From positions 64,275 through 128,274 of the forward strand of contig CAWEJM010000018.1 of the NCBI GenBank assembly GCA_963809395.1: a stretch of 64,000 bases of DNA, given 5' to 3'. A program made the translations under genes and the position numbers. A model generated the notes under the pieces. The model was not told the DNA's origin. It did not search any database and worked only from the letters and a program-made list of their open reading frames with translations. Below, piece after piece: positions 38,284-47,496 of this stretch (positions are counted from its first letter, which is position 1; each line of letters begins with the position of its first letter). This DNA is from an uncultured Actinomycetes bacterium (lineage in GTDB: Bacteria; Actinomycetota; Thermoleophilia; RBG-16-64-13).

Positions 38284-41200
38284 TCACGGACCATACACGA
38301 AAGTGGTGACGAGCTTGTTGCTCTGCAGCTCGCCCGCGTCGGGAAGATCGTTGCCGTTAGCGTCGAGGAACAGGGTGAAGGTGATGATGGTGTGTGGCAT
38401 TCCACTCCACGTATCATACCCCCAGCCGTCCGCCTCGATACCGACTTCATCGATGCTGCCGTCAGTGATGTCCCTGACATTGGCGCCGAAGATGTTGGCG
38501 ATGTCGCCCTCGGCGATGATCTTGAAGGCCGAGTTCGAAAGGCCGACGGTCTTGGTAAGGTCAACGGTCTCAACCATGTCGCCAACGTACATCGCGCGGC
38601 CATACTGGTCGAGGATCTGGCCCCGCATGTCGACGGTGTCGCTCAGGAGCTTCAGAGGATCGCCGGTCCAATCATCTCGCCCGCCGGGCTCTGTTGGAGC
38701 ACGAGGGTGGTCGGCTTCGCCTCTTCCTCGCTCCAGATCACGCGGATCTGAGTCGAGTAGATGGGCGTACCTTCCTTGACGATACCCTTGGCCGGAGCGT
38801 AGATCATGACGCGGAGGTCGGACTTGTTGACGTCCCACTCGTCGCTGATGTCCTCAGCCAACTGGATGTCGACGTTGCTACCGGTGAGCAGGTTCGGCTG
38901 CAGAGTCCCGACCAGGTCGGTCTGCCGCGCTCGGGCGCGAAGAACCAGCCGTCGAGCGTCCAGGCCTTGGCGCCGTCGGTGGCCGAGCATGATGTCGGAT
39001 CTCCGTCACCGTTCAGATCGTAGAACCAACCGACATCCCACGGAGCCGAGTCGTAGTTGATGCCCTGGATGGTGTCGTACTCGCCGTCCGTCATGTTGTA
39101 GTCTTCGAAATCGCTGCCGTCCGTGCGGCCGAGCGGCCACTCGGGAATACCGGCTTGACCGTATTCGCTTCTCGCCCAGAAGGGCACGCTATCGGTCAGG
39201 TTCGAGGAGCTGGAGCCGAGCCACTGGTTGAAGAAGAACGCGTCGTGATCGGTGCCGCACCGGGCCACGATGTAGCGCGTACGGGTCACTGAGCGGATCC
39301 GGTTCGTCTGGAATCCGGCCTGGTGCCGTTCGTGTCGTACGGCTTAGCAGTGGGGCTGTCCGAGCGGCAGAACGTTGTTCGTGTCTTGGTCGACCAGGTA
39401 CGCCAACGGCACGTAGGTGTCGGCTGCGTCTGGCTCCGCCCACCGACTGTCGATGTCTCGAGCAGGTAGACGACCTCGTAGTCGGGCAGGTCGTTGCCGT
39501 AAGCGATCTTTCACGTGCACTTCGACGTGGGCCGAGTTGAGCATGTCGAGTCGCCGCCGAGCGTCGTCCTCGTAGTCGTGATCCAGGTAGGCGTAGGCGT
39601 ACGCGTCGCGAGCTCGCCGCTTGTTGGTGGCGACCTTACGTCGTCGATCCAGATCTCGATGGTGACGATCGGTGGAGTCGGTGGCAGCAGACCTGTGCCG
39701 GCGACCCAGGTCTTCTTAGCGTACGCGCAGCCAGAGCCGGACCGTTGTGCGGGTTGCCCGCCCAGTCGACGGACGGCCTTGATGGTCTCCGGACCCTTGA
39801 CGGTGGAGGTGACGGTCACGCTGGCCTTTACCAGCGGCGTCGGTGGCGACAGCGGTGGCTGGGAGTGAAGTCGCCCACGCATGGCCACGGCGGCCGTGAT
39901 CGAGCGCCGCAAGGTCGCTCAACGCAACGGCAGGATCAGAGTACTCGTTGACCTTGGTGAAGGTGACGGTCTTACCGGCCAGCGGCAGGTAGATACCGGG
40001 CTCGCCGTCGAAGGGCTCCTTGTAGCCGTTGTCGTCGTAGTCGTACTCGGTGTAGGCGCCCTCGAAGCTGAGGGTGAGCCAGCGACCGGCGACTTTGACC
40101 TGGCGGTACCGGTCTCGTCAGAATCGCCGAGTCATCGGCTTCGATGATGCCGTTAGTCCTCGTCACACGGCAGGTCGACCATGACGTCGGCGATTGCGCC
40201 GGTCGAGCACTCCGACGAGTATTGACTGCGTCCCGACCATGTCGTCGGACGATCGAAGGTCTTCGCGGGTGGCAGCACATGAGGATGCCACCGAAGTAGG
40301 CGGCGTCCTTGGCAGTCGAAGATGCCGTCGTAGGCGGACCCGGGCGATCGGAGTCGATGACGGGGTCTGACCATCGGGCTCGTCAGATGGTCGGATCGTA
40401 TTCCAGCTTCAGACCGTAGACGTGCAGGATGAAGTGTGCGAGCCGTTCACCGCGTTGGTGGACAGGGCTTCGTTGTTCGTTCGAGACGTCATTGAGGTAC
40501 TCGTCGTCAGTCGGGAGTGCTCTACGACCCAGACCATCGCTGAGTGGTGATGGTCGTCGAAGGTGGCGATGTCGACATCGAACCACTGCACTTCAGCGGT
40601 GTAGGTCAGGAAGGTGCCTTCCGCGCCGCCGGTGCCCTTGTCGCGCACTTTGGCGTGGATGATCTGCTCGCCGGCATCGTAGGACTTGACGAACAGCGGT
40701 CGCCTTACCGGCGGCGTTGGTCACGTCGAAGTCTTTGTTGTTGGCGGCCACGTTACGGATCGGAGATGTCGCCGGCGTCATCGGTCTGGAAGAAGCCGAC
40801 ACCCTGCATGAACCACTCGACGTACTTGCCGGCGACCGGGTTGCCGTAGGTGTCGACCAGCGTGATGGTGAGGGTCTTCTCTTCACCGATGTTGGCGGCG
40901 CTGATAGGCCGGAGCTGATCGGGCCGGCCGGCGCAGCCGATGGTGTGAGCGATCCAGGTCTTGACCTGGGTGGCATCACTCGATCGGCTGGTCGTCCCAG
41001 TCGTCATGAAGTGCTGACTGCTCGATCCTGGAAGGTGTCGTGGTTGAACAGCTGCTCCGGATACGGGTTTCCGGCGTAGTCGGCGACGGCCTCGGTGTAG
41101 GTCTTACCGGTCACTGTCCGAGTCGATCTTGATCGAGCTGAAGCCGTTGGCGTCGGTCTTGCCCACCGCGGTCTTGGCGGCGGTGATGGCCACCCCGTCG

Positions 41201-42578
41201 ACGGCTGATGATGTTACCGACGGAGGTGTACGGCCTCATTGGTGAGCTTGGTCAGCGGGTTGTCGAGCATGTTGTAGATGGCCCACTCGACGTCGATGCC
41301 GGCCATGGTCCGCGGCTTGTAGCCGCACTTGGCCATGTCGAGCTCGTCGGCGTAGGTCCGCAGCCGTCGTCGCATCGCGAGTCGGAGTCGAAGCTGCAGT
41401 CGTCGCAGACGACGTCGACGCCGTCGTCACGTTGATGTTGGTCGGATCGAAGGCTGCCGTGCGATGGCGTTGTACCAGTCACTCTGGCTGGTGGAACGCG
41501 GGCCGGGGCCGAACACGACTACGCGGACGCCCCACTGTGCGCCACGCCGACGTTGTTCTGGGCGGTACGCGGTCGCTCGGTGGTGTAGACCTCGTCCAGA
41601 GCCAGCCAGTACCTGGTGGTGTAGATGGCGGCCACACCGGCGACCGCGGCGGACACGCGCTGCGTGCCGGGCTCAGCGGAGATCAGGTTGACCGTCACTT
41701 CGCCGAAGCTGTTGGTCATGGCCGCTTGCGGCGAGATGTTGCCAACGTAGAACTCGGCGCCGACCAGGGTGTCGAAGTCGACCAGCACGCCGACGGCCGG
41801 ATGGCCGTCAGCGTGGTGACCTTGAAGGTGACCTGAGTAGGTCTGACCGATCAGGTTCTCGCTCTTGTCGGCGCTGACCAGTTCGATCTTGGCCGGGGTC
41901 CACAGTTGCCGGCGGGACCATGAGCCTGGGCCCGGATCAGGAACGCCGCACCCTGGATACGGGTCAGGTTGGCCAGCGGATCCACGTTGCCGAAGTCGTC
42001 GCCCTCGGTGATGCCCATGTCATAGGCGAAGGCGACTTCGTCCTTGAGGTCGAGCGAGATGCTGGCCTTGTCACCGAAGTGGGCCAGGAGAGCCATCGAT
42101 CTCAGCCGGCCGTGTACATGGTGGCCAGGTCGTAGCCGTTGAGCCTTGGCGACGTAACGGGCGACGATGGCGATGGCCTGCTCGCGGGTGATGTTGGTCG
42201 TTGGGGTTGAAGGTGGTCGCCGAGGTGCCGTTGACCATACCGGCGGCCTTGGCGCCTTCGATGTATTGATAGTAGAAGCTGCCTTTGGGAACGTCCGTGT
42301 AGGACGCGGTGGCCGGATTCACCAAGGGGATACTTGAAAGCTGCCACAGCCATCTTAGTGAACTGTGCGCGGGTGACGCTCTGGTATGGTTTCCAGAGGC
42401 CACCGGGGAAGCCTTCGGATATCGCCGCTACCTGGTTGTCGGTGATGCCGTACTTGGCGGTCACCGTGTCGGGCAGGTCGCTCCAGGTCTGGTCCGCGAG
42501 GGCCACACCGGCGAAGCTCAACACCAGGATGATGGCGAGGACGGCCAGAATCGCGACCTTAAGGGTGCGTTTCTGCAT
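38284..42578 (-). pseudogene. Giant SLH S-layer-type protein (module member C, paralog of A), broken into about 19 ORF fragments; either a real pseudogene or uncorrected assembly indels
   Basis: ATG 42578 (MQKRTLKVAILAVLAIILVLSFAGVALA, then WSDLPDTVTAKYGITDNQV...SVTRAQFTKMAV, ORF 42102..42608). Colinear similarity to A runs through fragments 41851..42096, 41519..41788, 40409..40648, 38804..39289 and others. The C-terminus ends FTLFLDANGNDLPDAGELQSNKLVTTFVYGP (ORF 38284..38838). Confidence 0.6.
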
Positions 42579-42610
42579 GATTCCACTCCTCTTTTCTTGT
42601 TTACTCATAG

Positions 42611-42668
42611 CAAAAATCGTTCTTGCCGTTTCCTACTTTTGAAGCGGTAGTGAGTAGGAAGAAGAACG
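42611..42668 (-). promoter_or_regulatory. Terminator-like hairpin plus U-tract inside the 5' leader of gene C (candidate attenuator)
   Basis: The minus strand reads cgttct-tc-ttcctact (loop of 15 nt) agtaggaa-acggca-agaacg, followed by atttttg. The stems are 6 bp and 8 bp. It lies 33-90 nt upstream of ATG 42578, within a row that is 42% GC. Confidence 0.45.
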
Positions 42669-42771
42669 AGTCACCTCCTTTCGCTTTTGGGCTCACAGCC
42701 GCGCCTACCAACGCGGAGTGGCAAACTCTGTCGAGGCCTTGGGCGGCAAGTGCCCGCGGCCGTTTCAGACC

Positions 42772-42797
42772 AATAGAAAAGTGCAGACCAGCTGCAC
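42772..42797 (-). terminator. Rho-independent terminator of the 42860..43955 gene
   Basis: The minus strand reads gtgcag ctggt ctgcac followed by ttttctatt, 63 nt after the stop codon. Confidence 0.6.
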
Positions 42798-42859
42798 GGA
42801 TGATCGAGCATATCGTAGATGGGGCTGTTGGCGAAGTCTCATGGTCATCGCGGCCCCCG

Positions 42860-43955
42860 TCACGAACCCGCGTTGATGGCGGTTATGACGGCGCCCTTGC
42901 TCGTCCACCCGGACCTGGATGACGAAGCGCTTGATGGTCTCCACCAATTCGCCTTGCCCGTTGACGACCCTGTCGTTGATACCCATGGTCACGCGCACCG
43001 TGTCGCCGGTCGAGCGACTGCACGCCGGTGATCGTGTAGCCGTAGGGCTCGTTGAGAGACATCATCATCTGCGCCAGCGACGACTGGGCCCCGGCGGCTA
43101 CCAGCGCCCGAGCGCCGGAAGTGTTGCCGGTGATGACCATGTCGGCCAAGGCAGCGGGCCGCCGTCTTGGCCGAGCCTTCGCGCTGGGTGGCGGTGTATT
43201 GCTGCTCGCCGGTGGTGCTGGGCGAAGAGGGCTGAGTGGTCGTGGGACCGCGGGCTGGTGGTGCCGGGGCCGATGCGGTCGTGCTCGGGCCGCCGGCGGT
43301 GGCGCCGGTGGTGCTCGGTGCCGCCGGTGGTGCGTGGTGCCGGGGCCGCCCGGGCCCTGCGTGGTGCCGGGCTGGGTGCGCCGGTGGTGCCGGGGCCCTC
43401 GCTGCTGACGGTGGTGCCGTCGGTGGTGACGGTGGTGACGGGCTCAGTGGTATCGGAGCTGACCACCGAAGTGATGGTGGTCGGATGAGTCGTCGTTATC
43501 GGCGGTCTGGAGCAGGCCCCCGCCGTAGGTGCCGAGGAGGGTGGCGATGACGGCCACTGCCGCGGCCGCGGAGCCCAGGGCCCAGCGCCAGGTGCGCGAA
43601 TGGGCCGGGCGGGCGGCTGGCTGGCCGGTCGGCGCGCGAGCCCCGCCCTTCGCGGCCGCCGCCGGGACGCTCGCGACCTTGCCGACCGGCCCGGACCGGG
43701 CGACGCTCGAGTTCGCGTTGCAGCGAAGCCCAGCCGCGTTCCTTGGCGGCCTGGGAGACCTGCGCCTGCGCCAGACCGGACAGCTCGCGGCTGAGGACTA
43801 TAAGAGACTCGTCGATGGTGATGTCGAGGCGGGCGACGGATCCGGCGCGAGTCGCGCCGGTCCTTCGCCGGGGCGGCCGGAACGACAGAAGGCCCGCGCC
43901 CTTGGCGCTTGCCCTTGGATTCCGCTCGCCGCTTGTTGAATATGCCCCTAAACAT
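42860..43955 (-). CDS. Hypothetical single-pass membrane protein (cytoplasmic N-terminus, TM, Thr-rich linker, small C-terminal domain); several frame slips
   Basis: ATG 43955 (MFRGIFNKRRAESKGK...). Pieces read by hand: ITIDESLIVLSRELSGLAQAQVSQAAKERGWASLQRELE; TM segment WALGSAAAAVAVIATLLGTYGG; TTITSVVSSDTTEPVTTVTTDGTTVSS; C-terminal ADMVITGNTSGARALVAAGAQSSLAQMMMSLNEPYGYTITGVQSLDGDTVRVTMGINDRVVNGQGELVETIKRFVIQVRVDEQGAVITAINAGS. Stop at 42860-42862. Confidence 0.45.
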
Positions 43956-44060
43956 GGTTCATCAGAGGCTATATTGCCGGGGCGGCGGAAAAGTTACGTT
44001 GCTAACGAGAAAAGGGGCCCGGAGGCCCCTCAACTGCAGTCAGAATGTCCGCCGATCTTG

Positions 44061-44231
44061 CTAGCCGCGCTCGACCGTCTTCTTCTGGGTCACGACTTTC
44101 AAATCACCGACGGACTTGCCATCGACCATGTCGACGTGCATCTCGGCTTCCTTGCGGTCGAGATTGGTGAGAGCTATGAGTCTCTTTATCCGTTCCTCCC
44201 GACTCGGCCCGACCGCGTTCGCGGCCTTCAT
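44061..44231 (-). CDS. Small hypothetical protein (56 aa)
   Basis: ATG 44231 is in frame within ORF 44061..44474: MKAANAVGPSREERIKRLIALTNLDRKEAEMHVDMVDGKSVGDLKVVTQKKTVERG. Confidence 0.4.
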   Translation of the reverse strand: MKAANAVGPSREERIKRLIALTNLDRKEAEMHVDMVDGKSVGDLKVVTQKKTVERG

Positions 44232-44379
44232 CTTAGCCACCCCAGTTCTCCGAACAAACGATCCAGTGCCGTCATTATCGCTCTGAAGTCCGCATGCGTC
44301 CACTGTTGGGTTCTGCCAGGCCCCGGCGGACAGACGCCGTTCGTCCTCGACCCCGGCCGCAACTCGCCGACACCGCCTT

Positions 44380-44415
44380 AATATGATTGACATGTTCATA
44401 TTACTCAGGTACTCT
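44380..44415 (+). promoter_or_regulatory. Candidate sigma-70-type promoter of the acs operon, with an overlapping inverted repeat
   Basis: TTGACA (44387-44392), a 17-nt spacer, then TACTCT (44410-44415). The inverted repeat aatatga (44380-86) / tcatatt (44396-402) brackets the -35 element. The patch is locally AT-rich. Confidence 0.4.
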
Positions 44416-44599
44416 ACGCGGCGCGTTTTGATGCACCTTCCGCCCCCGGCACGTCTTGGGGCGTGCGTTTGCACGTATCATGTGGGGGGTACACTGCAGC
44501 CGGGCGGGACGCACGTGCCGCCCATTCGCCATGAACATGAAGAGAGCCAAGACGATGACCGACGCAAGTGCTGCCGCGAACGAGGCGAGGCCGAGAGCC

Positions 44600-45391
44600 A
44601 TGAAGCTGGCGATCACGGGAAAAGGCGGCGTGGGCAAGACCACGGTGAGTGCGCTGCTCGCGAGAGAATTGGCGGCGCGCGGGCGACAGGTGGTGGCCAT
44701 CGACGCCGACCCGGACTCCAACCTCGCCGCCTGCCTCGGCTACCCCCACCCTGAGACCATCCGCCCCCTCGTGGAACTGCACGACCTGATCGAGGAACGG
44801 ACCGGGGTGCGCCCCGGCACGACCGGGGGCATGTTCCAACTCAACCCCTTCGTGGCCGACATCCCCGAGAAGTACGCGGTCGACGTGGACGGCATCAAGG
44901 TTCTGGTGGCGGGGGCGGTCAAGAAGGGCGGCGCGGGCTGTTACTGTCCCGAGAACTCGCTCCTGCGCGCCCTCGTCTCCCACCTGCTTCTCGAGGACGA
45001 CGCGGCCCTCGTGCTGGACATGGAGGCCGGGATCGAGCACCTCGGCCGTGGCACCTTGCGCAGCATCGACCGGCTCCTCATCGTGGTGGAACCCGGCCGG
45101 CGCAGTGTGGAGACGGCGCTCCGCATCCAGATCATGGCGGCGGACATCGGGCTGACGAAGATCAGCCTCATCGGCAACAGGATCCGTTCGCCCCGCGACG
45201 AGGCCTTCCTGGTGGACCTGCTGCCCGGGATGCCCTTCGCCGGGTTCGTTCCCTACGATGACCTGATCCGCGACGCGGAGACCGCCGGTAGGTCGGTCTG
45301 GGGCGCCAGCGAGGCGGTGCAGAAAGCGATCGGCACGATCGTTACCGAGATCGAGAAGAGTCTGGAGGGGCCGGCACGCCCCGGAAAGTGA
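44600..45391 (+). CDS. cooC: CooC/AcsF-type Ni-insertion ATPase for CODH (MinD/ParA-like)
   Basis: MKLAITGKGGVGKTTVSALLA (deviant Walker A), VVAIDADPDSNL, GAGCYCPEN (CxC metal motif). Intact. In-frame upstream starts exist at 44531 and 44456. Confidence 0.85.
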   Translation: MKLAITGKGGVGKTTVSALLARELAARGRQVVAIDADPDSNLAACLGYPHPETIRPLVELHDLIEERTGVRPGTTGGMFQLNPFVADIPEKYAVDVDGIKVLVAGAVKKGGAGCYCPENSLLRALVSHLLLEDDAALVLDMEAGIEHLGRGTLRSIDRLLIVVEPGRRSVETALRIQIMAADIGLTKISLIGNRIRSPRDEAFLVDLLPGMPFAGFVPYDDLIRDAETAGRSVWGASEAVQKAIGTIVTEIEKSLEGPARPGK

Positions 45392-45398
45392 CGCTGCG

Positions 45399-47475
45399 AT
45401 GAGTGATACGAAGGTACAGAGCGCCGACCCAGTGGCCGTCGAGGTACTGGAGAAGATGGCGGCGGCAGGGATCGAAACCGCATTCGACCGACACGTCGAA
45501 CAGGGCAATCGCTGCCAGTACGGAGAGAAGGGGGTCTGCTGCCGCATCTGCGAGATGGGCCCCTGCCGGCTAAGCCTGCGGGGCAAGGGGGCGACGCGCG
45601 GCATCTGCGGCGCGACCGCCTCCACCATCGCGGCGCGCCACCTCATCCGCCAGGTGGCGGCCGGAGCGGCGGCCCATTCCGACCACGGGCACGACATCGT
45701 CAAGACCCTCAAGCTGGTGGCGAAGGGCGAGGCGCAGGGTTACTCGATCAAGAGTCCCGAGCGGCTGTTCGAGCTCGCCCGCGAATGGGGCGTCAAGACC
45801 GAGGGCCGCGAGATCAACGACATCGCCGCTCGAATTGGCCGATCTGGCCCTGAGCCGAGTTCTACCAGCAGGAGGGCGAGATCCGCTATCCCGGCGATGC
45901 GCGCGCCCGAGGCGACGGTCAAGAACTGGCGCAAGCTCGGGTCTGATCCCCGTGGGCGTCGAGCACGAGATCGTGGAGACCATGCACCGGACGCACGAGG
46001 GGGTGGACGCCGACTACGTCAACCTCATCATGCACGGCATGCGCACGTCGATGGGCGACGGCTGGGGCGGCGCGATGCTGGCCACCGACTTCGGCGACAT
46101 CCTCTTCGGCACGCCGATGCCGGTGCGCAGCCAGGTGAACCTCGGCGTCCTCAAGGAGGACTACGTCAACATCGTGGTGCACGGCCACGAGCCGACGCTG
46201 TCGGAGATGGTGGTGGCGGCCAGCCGCGACCCCGAGCTGATCAAGCTGGCCGAGGAGAAGGGCGCGAAGGGCATCATCGTGGGCGGCATCTGCTGCACGG
46301 CCAACGAGATCCTGATGCGCCAGGGCGCTCCCGTCGTCGGCAACTTCCTGCACCAGGAACTGGCCATCGCCACCGGCGCGGTGGACGTCATGCTGGTCGA
46401 CGTGCAGTGCATCATGCCCGCCATCGTGGAACACGCCCAGCGCTTCCACACCAAGGTCATCACCACCAGCAAGAAGGCCAAGATCCCCGGCGCCACGCAC
46501 GTGCAGTTCGACGAGACCCACGCCTGGGACATCGCCAAGGAGATCGTCCGCCGCGCCGTGGAGAACTACCCCAACCGGCGCGCCGTCGACATCCCGCCGG
46601 GCAAGACCGACCTGGTCGCGGGCTTCACCGTCCAGAACACCTTCTGGCACCTGGGCGGACGCTACCGTTCCACGTTCCGGCCGCTGAACGACGCGATCAT
46701 CTCCGGCCGGCTGCGCGGCGTCGCCGCCGTCATCGGCTGCAACACGGTCAAGAAGACCCAGGACGACAGCCACATCAAGATGGTCAAGGAGCTGATCGCC
46801 AACGACGTGCTGGTCGTCATGACCGGCTGCGCCGCCACGGCCTGCGCCAAGGAAGGGCTGCTCCAGCCCGAGGCGGCGGCCAAGTATGCCGGCAAGGGGC
46901 TGCAGGAGATCTGCGAGGCCGTCGGCATCCCGCCGGTGCTGCACCTGGGCTCGTGCGTCGACAACAGCCGCATCCTGGTGGCCCTCTGCGAGATGATCAA
47001 CGAGGGCGGTCTGGGCGAGAAGCTGTCGGACCTCCCGATCGCCGGCGCCGCGCCCGAGGCCATGTGCGAGAAGGCCATCGCCATCGGGTTCTACTGCGTG
47101 GCCTCCGGCGCGTACGTGAACTTCAGCCCGGCCATGCGGGTGCTCGGCAGCGACGAGCTGACCAAGTTCCTGACCGAGGACGTGGAGGAGCTCGCGGGCG
47201 GCAAGTTCTCGTTCGAGGACGATCCCACCCGCGCCGCCCAGCTCATGATGGCGCACATGGACAAGAAGCGCGAGGCGCTCAAGCTGCGCCCCATGATGTA
47301 CTCCAAGTCGTTCCTGGAGGAGGCGGCGTCGGAGCCGAAAGGGGAGATCAGCGCGGCCGGCCTGGCGGCGCTGCAGGTGGTTGAACCGGGCGCGAAAGCA
47401 TGCGCCGGGGTTGAGCCCAGGTCGGCGAAAGCCAGAAGGCCGACGGGCTGGAATGAGTTCCGGGAAACGAGCTGA
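45399..47475 (+). CDS. acsA: Anaerobic Ni-Fe carbon monoxide dehydrogenase catalytic subunit (CODH, ACS-associated); four indels clustered at 45834-45945
   Basis: N-terminal Fe-S motifs RCQYGEKGVCCRICEMGPCR and GICGATASTIAARH (ORF 45399..47384). After the indel cluster: GVEHEIVETMHRTHEGVD, VNIVVHGHEP, GGICCTANE, AVIGCNT, MTGCAATA, HLGSCVDNSR (ORF 45835..47475). Confidence 0.9.
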
Positions 47476-47496
47476 AGCGACTTCAAAGGTGAAGCT

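Noticed and set aside
47280-47475. An apparent C-terminal extension of about 60 aa on CODH (…EEAASEPKGEISAAGLAALQVVEPGAKACAGVEPRSAKARRPTGWNEFRETS).
   Set aside because: I cannot judge it without homolog alignment. The total length (about 690 aa) is within the range of ACS-associated CODHs, and the tail may include an undetected frame slip.
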